From Planctomycetota bacterium (lineage in GTDB: Bacteria; Planctomycetota; UBA8108; SXIK01), in contig OZ244999.1 in assembly GCA_965223265.1 (NCBI GenBank), positions 4,928,001 to 4,992,000 of the forward strand: 64,000 nucleotides of DNA, written 5' to 3'. The translations under genes were made by a program, and so were the position numbers. The notes under the pieces are model-generated. The model had not been told where the DNA came from. It ran no database searches and saw only the letters and a list, made by a program, of their open reading frames with translations. Positions 47,778-57,001 of this stretch are shown here, in pieces. Within the stretch, counting starts at the first letter, position 1. Each line of letters opens with the position of its first letter.

Positions 47778-48866
47778 TCAGATCGGTTGCTGCTGGGTCA
47801 TGCAGTGGAGCGCGCCGCCGCCGTAGAGTAGATCCCGAGCGTTGATCCCGACCACCGCTCGGCCTGGAAAAAGCTCTTCGAAGAGTGCGAGGGCGCGACT
47901 GTCTTCCGGGGTCGAAAAGGTGGGCACAAGGACGGAGCGATTGCCGACATAGAAGTTCGTGTAGCTGGCGGCCAAGCGTCGGTCGCCCTGGTATAGAGGG
48001 CGCGGCAGGGGCAATTCAATGAGTTCGAAGCACCGGTCGCGGGCGTCCTGAGCGACGCGTAGCGCGCCGCGGAGCCGGGCAAGCTGGTCGCGCTCGGCGG
48101 CTGGGGCGTCTCGATGCGGCGTCGCGTAAACGACGCGCCCCGGTGCCACGAAGCGGGCCAGATTATCGATGTGGCCGCCGGTGTCGTCGCCGTCGAGACA
48201 GCCGTCCAACCAAACGACCCGCTCGGCTCCAAGCCAACGCCGGAGGCTCGCCTCGACGCCGCCGGCATCGTGGTCGGGGTTGCGCGCCGCGTCGAGCAAG
48301 GCATTTCTCGTTGTCAAAAGTGTCCCCTCGCCATCGACATCAATCGCCCCCCCTTCCACGACGAGACCCGGGCGAACGACTTCGGCGCCGACCTGTGCCG
48401 CGATCCAGCCGGCCGCGGCAGCGTCTCGGTCCCATGGAGCGAACCTGCCTCCCCAACCGTTGTACTCCCAGCACGTCGCGACGGTTGACCTGCCGTCGCG
48501 ATCATTTGAAGCGCCTTCGCCGTCTCCGGGATCGCCACGCCCGCCTACACGCTGCGCCACTGCGGGTGCCGTGCGCACAAAGAGAGGCCCAAAGTCACGA
48601 ATCCAGATGTCGTCGGTGGAATACTCGAATAGGTGCAAGTCCGCGGCAACGCCGCCGAAAGCAGCTGTCACCGACGCAGCCGCATCTCGGTCGGGCACGA
48701 GAACGCACACCTTCTCACCACCAAGTAAAGCGCGCGCCACGTCGACCCAAACGCGCTGCAGTTCGTGGCAGGGTATCCCCCAGTGCGCCTCGTTCACCGG
48801 CCACGCGAGCCACGTCGCCTCGTGCGACTCCCACTCGGCCGGCATCCTCAACGCGCGCGCGTTCAC
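47778..48866 (-). CDS. aguA: Agmatine deiminase
   Basis: RMPAEW, DIWIRDFGP, EGGAIDVDGEG, DTGGHIDN, SYTNFY, GGGALHCMTQQQP. Confidence 0.93.
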   Translation of the reverse strand: MNARALRMPAEWESHEATWLAWPVNEAHWGIPCHELQRVWVDVARALLGGEKVCVLVPDRDAAASVTAAFGGVAADLHLFEYSTDDIWIRDFGPLFVRTAPAVAQRVGGRGDPGDGEGASNDRDGRSTVATCWEYNGWGGRFAPWDRDAAAAGWIAAQVGAEVVRPGLVVEGGAIDVDGEGTLLTTRNALLDAARNPDHDAGGVEASLRRWLGAERVVWLDGCLDGDDTGGHIDNLARFVAPGRVVYATPHRDAPAAERDQLARLRGALRVAQDARDRCFELIELPLPRPLYQGDRRLAASYTNFYVGNRSVLVPTFSTPEDSRALALFEELFPGRAVVGINARDLLYGGGALHCMTQQQPI

Positions 48867-49735
48867 GACGGGCCGCGGTAACGCGCCACGAGATCACCAT
48901 AGGCATCCGGCCGGCGGTCCCGGAGGAAGGGCCAAACCTGCCGCGTCTGCGCGATGCTCTCCAGATCGCAATCAACCACGAGAACCGCTGACGAGCTCGT
49001 CGGCGCGCGCTCAAGCACACGCCCTTGGGGGTCGACGACGAACGAGGATCCCCAAAACTCGAGGGCGCCCTCATGGCCGGTTCGATTCACCGCGCCAACA
49101 AATACGCCGCCGGCGATGGCGTGAGCCCGCTGCACCGTCTCCCAGGCGTTGAGCTCGGTGGCCCGGACGTCGTCCGCGGCTTCGGAATCCCAAGCGATCG
49201 CCGTCGGATAGAGGATCACCTGCGCGCCCGCGAGCGTCGCCAGGCGCGCCGCCTCTGGAAACCATTGATCCCAGCAGATGAGCACGGCGATTCGGGCCGA
49301 GGCGACCTCGAACACCGCGAAGCCGGTGTCGCCTGGTGCGAAGTAGTACTTCTCAAAATAGCCAGGATCGTGGGGAACGTGCATTTTACGGTAGACACCA
49401 ACGAGCGAACCGTCCGAGTCGATGACTGCAGCGCTGTTGTGGTGCAGGCCGGCGGTGCGGCGCTCAAAGATCGACGCTACGATCGCCACGTCGAGCTCCT
49501 GGGCTAGCTCCCCCAGGGCGTCCGTGGTCGGGCCGGGGATCGGCTCGGAGAGCGCGAACGCTTGTGGATCGTGATGCTGGCAGAAGTAGACGGTCCGAAA
49601 AAGTTCCTGCAGACACACGAGGCGCGCCCCCTGACGCGCCGCTTCGCGCACCCCGGCGACCGCGCGCGCGAAGTTGTTTTCCGTGTCGTCGGTGCACTCG
49701 TGCTGCACGAGTCCAAGGCGAAGATTATGTGTCAT
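48863..49735 (-). CDS. aguB: N-carbamoylputrescine amidohydrolase (carbon-nitrogen hydrolase)
   Basis: LQELF..YFC, YRKMHVP.DPGYFEKYYF.PGD, ICWDQWFPE, YPTAI; overlaps aguA. Confidence 0.9.
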   Translation of the reverse strand: MTHNLRLGLVQHECTDDTENNFARAVAGVREAARQGARLVCLQELFRTVYFCQHHDPQAFALSEPIPGPTTDALGELAQELDVAIVASIFERRTAGLHHNSAAVIDSDGSLVGVYRKMHVPHDPGYFEKYYFAPGDTGFAVFEVASARIAVLICWDQWFPEAARLATLAGAQVILYPTAIAWDSEAADDVRATELNAWETVQRAHAIAGGVFVGAVNRTGHEGALEFWGSSFVVDPQGRVLERAPTSSSAVLVVDCDLESIAQTRQVWPFLRDRRPDAYGDLVARYRGPS

Positions 49736-49922
49736 TTCGAAGAACGATGGCGTGCGCGGCGTTGAGATGGGCGCTGTTTGAAGCGAGTTGAAAAACGAAG
49801 TGAGCGCCCATTTTGCCAAGGGTGTTTGACGCCGTCATCTCGAATCGTGTCGACAAATCGTGCTCCGCTTCAGAGCTCATTCGCGCCAATCACGGACGCA
49901 GAAGAGAAATCCAGGGAAAGGG

Positions 49923-49950
49923 TTGACCAACCGATGTGCCGCACTATGAT
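49923..49950 (+). promoter_or_regulatory. Sigma70-type promoter upstream of tRNA-fMet
   Basis: TTGACC - 16 bp - TATGAT, about 80 bp upstream of the tRNA. Confidence 0.6.
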
Positions 49951-50029
49951 AAGTCTCTCCACTGGATCCGCTCGCGTATGTCACGCGATGATACGCTTGA
50001 ACGAATCCCGCCAAAAGAGACATGAATAA

Positions 50030-50106
<77 letters not shown>

Positions 50107-50113
50107 TATGACG

Positions 50114-50150
50114 AAAAGGACTTACGACGCTTTGTCGTGAGTCCTTTTTT
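50114..50150. terminator. Intrinsic, probably bidirectional terminator
   Basis: aaaaggacttacgac-gcttt-gtcgtgagtcctttttt hairpin with A and T tracts between the tRNA and a convergent CDS. Confidence 0.85.
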
Positions 50151-50188
50151 CGTTCTGCGTCGTGCGCATGCTCCGCGATCCTCGTCGG

Positions 50189-51778
50189 TCACTCCACATT
50201 CCATCGTCGCTGTAGAGTCTTCCCTTGGAGGGGACCAAACACTCCCTCACCCCAGGTGATTCTCCACCGCGAAGGAGAACCGAGAACAGAAGCCGCATCG
50301 CGGCGCGCCAAGACCTCGTCGTCCTGTCTGATCGAAAGACTTGTCGCGTCGACACGAAACTCGAGGCGTACCGGGCGCTCACGCCACGCGATCTGGGCGG
50401 TAAGATTCCCTGGCATGCGCAAACGCACGGCGGCGCCGTAGTCACGCCGCTGGGCTGGGGTGAGAAAGTCGTAGCTGTCGCGCCACTCCGACGTGCCCTT
50501 CGACGATGTCGAAATCACCAACCCATCGTGGAGCGGCACCATCGAGCTCACCCGCTGCCCCCAATGATTGAGGACGAGGCCAGACCGCTTCGCCTCCGCT
50601 TCGTAGGGATGCACCTGACGGTCGGTGAGCTCAGGGTGCGAGAACATCCGCCCCATGGAATGCCACTGTCGCGCATCGCGGTCGTAACGCCAAAGCTCCG
50701 CCCACGGCCACACGCCGGCAAAGAGCTCGCCGCGGTAGATCGCCAGGGTCTGACACTCGCGTGCCGATGATGACACCTCGGGCGGGCAGGGCGGCCAGCC
50801 TTCGATTCGCTTCACGTCGACGCCTTGGTACTCGAAGATATTCCCGGTCGGATACTGTGCCAGTAGGAGCCGGTCGTGCCAGTGAAGCATCGAGTACACC
50901 TGATAGCTCACTTGGTCGTCCGCCTCCAGGAGCGTGCGCCATGATGAATCCTCGTAGACGTAAATCCCACCTGTGTTCGAGACAGTCAGAACTTGATCCT
51001 CAAACTGTCCCCATGCAAACGGCGTCTCCAAGTCGTACTTCGCCTTCATGATCACCGCGCGGTCAACATCGATGGGCTTGGACGCTGCAACCGAAGCGGC
51101 CGGCCTCCATGGACAGGCGTAAATGCGCGTGGACGAGCCGGACGGATCGCGGACGCGGTGGTAGAAAAAGAGGTGGCCGTTCGCATAGTAGAAATTGTAG
51201 TAACCACCAACGTCAGGCGGCGACAGGAGCACGCGGTCGCCGTAGCGAACGGTGTTACCCGCAAAGAGAAGCACTTCCGAACCGAGGCGCATCGCGCCGT
51301 CTCCGGAGCGCAGCGCGTCGACGCCTGCTGGCAGAGCGCTGTTCCAACGCCCCATTGACTCCTCCCATGCTTTCACAGAGTTCTGCCTTACCGACGTCCA
51401 AGCGTAGAGACGCGCGTTGAGGTCGAAAAGGTAGATGCCGCTTCCGAGATCGGGATGCGGCAGTCGTTCAAAGGTGTGCGCATCGCGCTCGATAGGCGGC
51501 TTGACGAAAAATTGCAGCGTGTGGCGGTCGCTGCGAAAGCGCGTGTTGTAGACGTCCTGAAATCCGGCGCCGGCAACCACGCGCCCCGCAGCATCGCGAG
51601 CTTCAAAGATCGACCCAAAACTCTGACCGAGATCGCGCCCCAAGTCGAGTTCGACGGAGAAACTGACACGCTTCGCGCCAGCCGCAGGATCGCCGCAAAA
51701 CGCTGGAGGATTGACCACGACGACGGCCAACGCCTCGGCGAACAACAACATCAACGCGTCGCAACTGACGTGGCGCAT
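50189..51778 (-). CDS. Secreted hypothetical protein, beta-rich and possibly propeller-like
   Basis: Long ORF with hydrophobic leader, aromatic-rich strands (YRGELFAGVWPWAELWRYD); start uncertain. Confidence 0.65.
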   Translation of the reverse strand: MRHVSCDALMLLFAEALAVVVVNPPAFCGDPAAGAKRVSFSVELDLGRDLGQSFGSIFEARDAAGRVVAGAGFQDVYNTRFRSDRHTLQFFVKPPIERDAHTFERLPHPDLGSGIYLFDLNARLYAWTSVRQNSVKAWEESMGRWNSALPAGVDALRSGDGAMRLGSEVLLFAGNTVRYGDRVLLSPPDVGGYYNFYYANGHLFFYHRVRDPSGSSTRIYACPWRPAASVAASKPIDVDRAVIMKAKYDLETPFAWGQFEDQVLTVSNTGGIYVYEDSSWRTLLEADDQVSYQVYSMLHWHDRLLLAQYPTGNIFEYQGVDVKRIEGWPPCPPEVSSSARECQTLAIYRGELFAGVWPWAELWRYDRDARQWHSMGRMFSHPELTDRQVHPYEAEAKRSGLVLNHWGQRVSSMVPLHDGLVISTSSKGTSEWRDSYDFLTPAQRRDYGAAVRLRMPGNLTAQIAWRERPVRLEFRVDATSLSIRQDDEVLARRDAASVLGSPSRWRITWGEGVFGPLQGKTLQRRWNVE

Positions 51779-51926
51779 TGAAAAGGAGTTTCCCCTGAAT
51801 TCGGGCATGATCGGACGTAGCTCGATTGAACGCATCGTTCAGCACGCCATCAGACTACTCGGAAGGGCTCAGGCAGGCAGAGAAAAATCAGGCGGAGCGG
51901 GGCGGAGACGAAAACGAAATACTGGT

Positions 51927-51965
51927 ACGCCCACGCACTCGCACACGCCCACGCACTCGCACACG
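51927..51965. repeat. 18-bp tandem repeat built from the GCGTGG/GCGAGT hexamer family (minus strand)
   Basis: acgcccacgcactcgcac x2 + acg. Confidence 0.7.
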
Positions 51966-52109
51966 AAAGTACAGCCAGGACCCAGACCGCTCCAAAAAGA
52001 TCCACCCCACGGGCGAGAGTGCTCCTTGAACCGCGCCAACGCCGCGGATAGTCTCGCAGGTTCTGCGCCCACGATGGCCCCTGTGAACCGAACACCGACA
52101 ACTTAAGAG

Positions 52110-53450
52110 GTGCAGTCCTTGCCTCACCTCAGTGATTTCTCACGCCGAGAATTCCTCCAGCGTCTGGCCGCCGGCGCCACGGCTGCCTGCGCGGCGGGAT
52201 GCGGCCCGGCGCGTCGCCCCGTCCTCGCGGCGGATGCCCGCGAGCCGGTGCGGTCCGTTGCCGGTCTGGCGACGATTTACTTCCGCGGCTCGCACGCCGA
52301 CGTGATCTTCGGCAAGATCCTCGATGGCTGGGATCAGGACGGCGGCCCCGGGCCGCGCCTGCGGTTGGCGTCCCTCTATATCCATCAGTTCCACGGGCAG
52401 CGTATACGACAAGACATTGGTCGGGCGATCGCGGCGTATCACGGCGTTCCACTCTTCGACAACATTGAAGATGCGATCACGCTCGGAACGAGCCGCGTGC
52501 GGGTCGACGGCGTTCTCAGCGTCGCTGAACACGGAGTCTACCGGATCAACGATAAAGGCCAAAAGCTCCACCCGAGGCGACGATTTCTCGCTGAGACGTG
52601 TCAGACCTTCGAGAAGTTCGGGCGTGTCGTGCCCGTCTTCAACGACAAGCATCTCGGTCCGGTGTGGGAAGACGCTCGCTGGATGTATGATCGGGCCCGG
52701 CAGCTGAACGTGCCGTTCATGGCGGGCTCCTCGCTTCCCGTGAGCTTTCGCTCGCCAGACCAACCGTTGGCGATGGGTTGTCGCCTCGAATCCGCGGTTG
52801 CAGTCGGCTATTCAGGTCTCGACAGTTACGGTTTCCACACCCTCGAGTTCCTCCAAGCCCACGTCGAACGACGGGTTAACGCAGAGACCGGAATCCGTTC
52901 GGTGGAAGCCGTCCGCGGCAAAGAGATGTGGCGTGACGTCGAGCGAGGAACTCTGCAGCGCCGCCTGCTCGAGGCTGCTCTCAAGCTCGTCGCACCGGGC
53001 GACGTCGACGCCGCGAAGAAGCTCCAGCGACAAGAGTTCACGCTGTTTCGTTACACCTACGAGGACGGGCTGAAAGCACATGTCTTCATGCTGCACGGAT
53101 TCGCGGCTGGCTGCAGTGTAGCGGTCAAGCAAGTGGGAGACGACGAGATCTATGCCACGCGCGCCGAGGAACGGCCGCTGCCGCGCTATCCCCACTTCGC
53201 CTACCTGCTACACTCCATCGAACGCATGATCTACAGCGGGCGCCCAAGCTTTCCAGTCGAACGCACGCTCCTGACGTCGGGGATGCTCGACCGCGCGCTG
53301 ACGTCGCTTCACGCCGGTGGCCAACACCTCGAGACGCCGGAGCTCGCCATCCCGTACACTCCGGTTGACTATCCGTACGCGCCGAACCCGCGGCTGCCGA
53401 CCGCGGCTGATTCTGAGTATCGAGGCGCCAAAACAAAGTCGGGCGGCTGA
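52110..53450 (+). CDS. Tat-exported protein of unknown function, possibly a divergent Gfo/Idh/MocA-like oxidoreductase
   Basis: SRREFL Tat motif; SHADVI, PVFNDKHL (cf. EKP), FMAGSSLP, YGFHTLE, PVERTLLTSG. Confidence 0.65.
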   Translation: MQSLPHLSDFSRREFLQRLAAGATAACAAGCGPARRPVLAADAREPVRSVAGLATIYFRGSHADVIFGKILDGWDQDGGPGPRLRLASLYIHQFHGQRIRQDIGRAIAAYHGVPLFDNIEDAITLGTSRVRVDGVLSVAEHGVYRINDKGQKLHPRRRFLAETCQTFEKFGRVVPVFNDKHLGPVWEDARWMYDRARQLNVPFMAGSSLPVSFRSPDQPLAMGCRLESAVAVGYSGLDSYGFHTLEFLQAHVERRVNAETGIRSVEAVRGKEMWRDVERGTLQRRLLEAALKLVAPGDVDAAKKLQRQEFTLFRYTYEDGLKAHVFMLHGFAAGCSVAVKQVGDDEIYATRAEERPLPRYPHFAYLLHSIERMIYSGRPSFPVERTLLTSGMLDRALTSLHAGGQHLETPELAIPYTPVDYPYAPNPRLPTAADSEYRGAKTKSGG

Positions 53451-53498
53451 CGACGACGCATGGCAGTATGCTATCGCGCTATGGCATCGAGGCATGGT

Positions 53499-55229
53499 TT
53501 ACTCGAAGCGCGAACCTGCCAGCGCCAGGTGGTAAATGATTCCTTGGTCGTAACCGACCATGTAGATCTCACCGTCAGCGTCGGTGCCGAATGAGACGAT
53601 GCGATCCGGTGCGATGCCGATCTGACGCACTTTCACAAGCCGACGGTCAGCATGCGTGAGTCCCCAGATGCGCTTCGACTGATAGTCCCCAAAGATGTAA
53701 ACCCCGTAGTATGAAGGGCTCCGCGTGCCGCGGTAGACGTACCCGCCAGTCACTGACGTGCCATGATGCCGTGCGATCGCGACAACCGGTGGTACGTACG
53801 TCTCGCCGCGCAGCCGAAAGCGATCCGAGAACGGAAGGAAACCTTCATAGACGTTCCAGCCGTGGTTCTCTCCGGCACGCACGAGGCATATCTCCTCGAA
53901 GCGGTTCTGTCCGACGTCACCGACCCAAAGGTCATGGGTTAAAGAATCGAAGCTGAAACGCCACGCCTGGCGCAGACCACGTGCGAAGATTTCGCGCCGG
54001 ACGAGCGGGTCCTTCAAGTGGACAAAGGGATTCGAATCTGGGATCGAGTAGTTGAGAGGCGGTTGACGCCGATCCACGTCGACCCGCAGAATCGCGCCCG
54101 AGAGCGTGCGGAGACTCTGGGCGCGCCCGGTGGGATCGGTTTGCGGACCACCGTCACCGGTGCCGACGTAGAGGAAACCGTCCGGCCCGAAAACGAGCAT
54201 GCCGCCGGTGTGAATATCCGTCGATTGATCGATCCTCAGAATCTCGCGTGCAGCAACGCCGGCGTCACGGCGCAGGTCAGCGGTGGCGCGTCGCTCGACA
54301 ACGAGCGTGGCGAAGGCTCCGTCTTCGAGAACGTGGTAGTTGACATAGTAGCGCCGGTTCTGGAGAAACCGCGGGTGAAGCGCCAGGCCCATGATGCCGG
54401 TGTACTCACCCGTGTGCACTTCGTCCGAAAGATCGACGAAAAGGGTTTTTCGATGTGGCCTTGTCGAACGATCCAGCAGCCAAATGCGAGCCGGCTCGCT
54501 GTCGACCACCAGAGCGAGATTTGGAAGCCTTGGCAGCGGCTCGAACCACACCGGATGGTGGAATCGGACCTCCGGTCCATGAATCGACTCGAGCCGAATC
54601 GGCCGCGCAGTCGCTTCGATCGTCATGGGAGTGCCGCGACGGGCACTTTGGGCAACCTCTGGACTCTCCAGCGTTTCCAAATAGGCGACAAGGTCGGCGA
54701 ACTCGCCAAGTGTGACACTTCGGTGAATGCCCTCGGGCATGAGGGAGACCCCACCTTCAAACGAGGTCGTCTCCTGCGCGACCTCACCCAACGCGATCGC
54801 CTGAATCTCGCCCGAAGCAACAAAGAGTTCGATCGCATGCGCGGATCGTTTCTCGATGATGCCGCTGTAGACGGTTCCGGAGTTCGTGACGACAGCGGTG
54901 ACGGCATACCCGGCAAGGACCTCGGCGCTCGGCTGGAGAACAGCCTCCACCAGCTGCGTACGGCTCAACTTCTCAGCAATGCCGAGAAGGTTCGGTCCCG
55001 CTTTGCGCTGCGTGCCGCCGACGACGTGACACCGCGTGCACCCAGCGCTGCCACTCTGAAAGACCTGCTGGCCACGCACCGAATCGCCTCGCTCCAGTTC
55101 CGCGTAGCGGGCATACGCCTCGGCATCCTCGGGCCGTCGATCGTGCTCAGGCAAGCCCGCATCGAGTTTGCAGCAGGCGAGGCACCCTAGAACCAGGGTC
55201 GAAAAGAGATGAAGCGATAGGCCTTGCAC
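53499..55229 (-). CDS. Heme c domain fused to a PQQ-dependent sugar (sorbosone/GSDH-type) dehydrogenase
   Basis: GCTRCH...GPNL..I and SLMPEG (PVC-type heme domain); GLALHPRF, HTGG.L.FGPDG.LYVGTGDGG, GLRQAWRFSFD, DVGQN.FEEI, SVTGGYVYRG. Confidence 0.85.
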   Translation of the reverse strand: MQGLSLHLFSTLVLGCLACCKLDAGLPEHDRRPEDAEAYARYAELERGDSVRGQQVFQSGSAGCTRCHVVGGTQRKAGPNLLGIAEKLSRTQLVEAVLQPSAEVLAGYAVTAVVTNSGTVYSGIIEKRSAHAIELFVASGEIQAIALGEVAQETTSFEGGVSLMPEGIHRSVTLGEFADLVAYLETLESPEVAQSARRGTPMTIEATARPIRLESIHGPEVRFHHPVWFEPLPRLPNLALVVDSEPARIWLLDRSTRPHRKTLFVDLSDEVHTGEYTGIMGLALHPRFLQNRRYYVNYHVLEDGAFATLVVERRATADLRRDAGVAAREILRIDQSTDIHTGGMLVFGPDGFLYVGTGDGGPQTDPTGRAQSLRTLSGAILRVDVDRRQPPLNYSIPDSNPFVHLKDPLVRREIFARGLRQAWRFSFDSLTHDLWVGDVGQNRFEEICLVRAGENHGWNVYEGFLPFSDRFRLRGETYVPPVVAIARHHGTSVTGGYVYRGTRSPSYYGVYIFGDYQSKRIWGLTHADRRLVKVRQIGIAPDRIVSFGTDADGEIYMVGYDQGIIYHLALAGSRFE

Positions 55230-55511
55230 GTCGATTCGGAACTCCCGTCGCTGCGGACGTCATGAAAACCCCGACAAGCACTTTAAAACATTGGCAGTCG
55301 CAACGCCCCCACGTGCGAGCATCTAAAATAAAACGGAGTATGAGACAAGCGCGCTATGTGCTGGCGGTTCGGGTAAAGTCTGGCTTCCCCAGAATGCCAT
55401 GAGTACGCTAAGATTCGTAGTCGGATGCCGAGCTCCTCAGATATCGAGAGCCATCAACACGTCAGCCAGACACAGGCGCCTCGGACGTCGGGACAAACTG
55501 GGATAGCGTGG

Positions 55512-56075
55512 ATGACGATACCACAGACCAACGACGACGATCTATTCCAGCCGACACTTACGAGTGATGATGACGTCGCCGGCTTCGAAGAGCCGTGGGA
55601 CCCGACGTCGCTCACGTTTCTGACCTTTTTTGCAGGTCCGCTCGCCGGCGGCGCACTCTTCGCTGCCAACTTCAAGCGACTCGGCCAACCGTCTCGCTTC
55701 GTGCCGACGCTCATGATCGTGGCAGCCGTGTCGCTACCGTCGTACGCTCTCATCCCGTCGGTCGTGACCTTGCGCTATGCACCGTTCGACGCCCGCGGGA
55801 AAATCATAGCCGAGGCCGCTCGAACCGAAGCCCAGGAGAACCGCTTTCGGAGTGCCCGAAGAACAGGAAATCTCGTATTACGGTTGATCGGTATCTGCCT
55901 GGCTCTGGCTCTTGCAGCTAAACAAAAGTCTCGCTTCCGGCTCTGCGTCGGCACAGATCATCCGACCGCGAGCCTATGGGCGACCGGTGTCATCGCGTTC
56001 TTCGTCGGCCGCTTCGCAAACCGCGCCTTCTGGGACGTATTCTCGAATCTCGCAACTCTCGGAGCCGGCGCATGA
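55512..56075 (+). CDS. Integral membrane protein (about 4 TM)
   Basis: Hydrophobic segments, FFAGPLAGG.LFA.NF.RLG; stop overlaps the next start (ATGA); start uncertain. Confidence 0.7.
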   Translation: MTIPQTNDDDLFQPTLTSDDDVAGFEEPWDPTSLTFLTFFAGPLAGGALFAANFKRLGQPSRFVPTLMIVAAVSLPSYALIPSVVTLRYAPFDARGKIIAEAARTEAQENRFRSARRTGNLVLRLIGICLALALAAKQKSRFRLCVGTDHPTASLWATGVIAFFVGRFANRAFWDVFSNLATLGAGA

Positions 56076-57001
56076 GCGAATTCGGTAGCACGCCGCACGG
56101 GGCTGAGGAGGACGCCGCCTCACGCCATGTCGAGACAGCACGACATCTCATAGAGGTCGAGCGGTTCGACCTCGCCGAAAAACACTTGCGCGCGGCGATG
56201 ACAAGCGACCCGGAAGACTCTGCCACTCACACGATTCTCGGTTGGGTGCTCAAGGCACAAGACAATCTCGTCGAGGCTGAGGAAGAAGCACGAGCGGCTC
56301 TGGCTCTTGACCCAGCCGATACCAGCGCACTTCGGCTTCTCGCCGACATCCGGGAAGACGAAGGAGAACACCAGGAGGCCGAGGAGATCCTGCTCGAAGC
56401 CTTACGACTCTCACCCGTTGACCCACACCTGTTCTGCGACTATGCGTACCTCATGTACAAGACAGGTCATCTCGACAAAGCCGAGAGACTGACCCGGCGC
56501 GCCCTTCAGCAAGACCCTGAAAGTGAACGCGCGCACGCCCTTCTGTCGAGCGTTCTCAGCGAACGCGACAAAGATTCCGAGTCTTTAGCGCACGGCGAAC
56601 ACGCGGTACGGCTGGCACCTGAGGAAGAGTCCTCGCACGCGGCGGTCGGGCTCGCCCACATACAAGGCGGTCGACCGTTCGCGGCACGCAGCGCGTTTCG
56701 AGAAGCCCTCCGTCACTCGCCCTCGGACCCGACGCTTGAAGAACTCTACGAACACGCAGATTTTCAATGTCGCTGGACCTACCTGCCGATGTACTACCTC
56801 TCCCTGGTACTGCAGAGAATTCCTGGCGGCCCCTTTGCGCTCTGGGGCGGATTCGTCGTCGTGCTCATGGCGCTGCGCTCCACGGATGTGGACTCCTCGA
56901 CCGTCTCCGCGATTGCGATCGGCTGGCTTTGCCTTTGCGTCTACACATGGGTAGCCTCGCCGATCACCAAGGCGTGGATCAAATTGGTACCACGAAAATG
57001 A
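56072..57001 (+). CDS. TPR-repeat protein with C-terminal membrane helices
   Basis: About 6 TPR units ending AL..DP / LAPE / HSP; 2-3 C-terminal hydrophobic helices; ATGA overlaps on both sides. Confidence 0.85.
   Translation: MSEFGSTPHGAEEDAASRHVETARHLIEVERFDLAEKHLRAAMTSDPEDSATHTILGWVLKAQDNLVEAEEEARAALALDPADTSALRLLADIREDEGEHQEAEEILLEALRLSPVDPHLFCDYAYLMYKTGHLDKAERLTRRALQQDPESERAHALLSSVLSERDKDSESLAHGEHAVRLAPEEESSHAAVGLAHIQGGRPFAARSAFREALRHSPSDPTLEELYEHADFQCRWTYLPMYYLSLVLQRIPGGPFALWGGFVVVLMALRSTDVDSSTVSAIAIGWLCLCVYTWVASPITKAWIKLVPRK

Noticed and set aside
47778-49735. aguBA as part of the lipid locus
   Set aside because: This is a standard agmatine-to-putrescine pair; adjacency alone gives no evidence for a polyamine-containing product
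49781-49800. aagcgagttgaaaaacg as a MITE end
   Set aside because: Only the gttgaaaaa core matches; no partner end or target duplication found
55262-55402. Short ORF (MKTPTSTLKHW...) in the AT-richer divergent spacer
   Set aside because: No RBS or recognisable features; the region is better explained as promoter DNA
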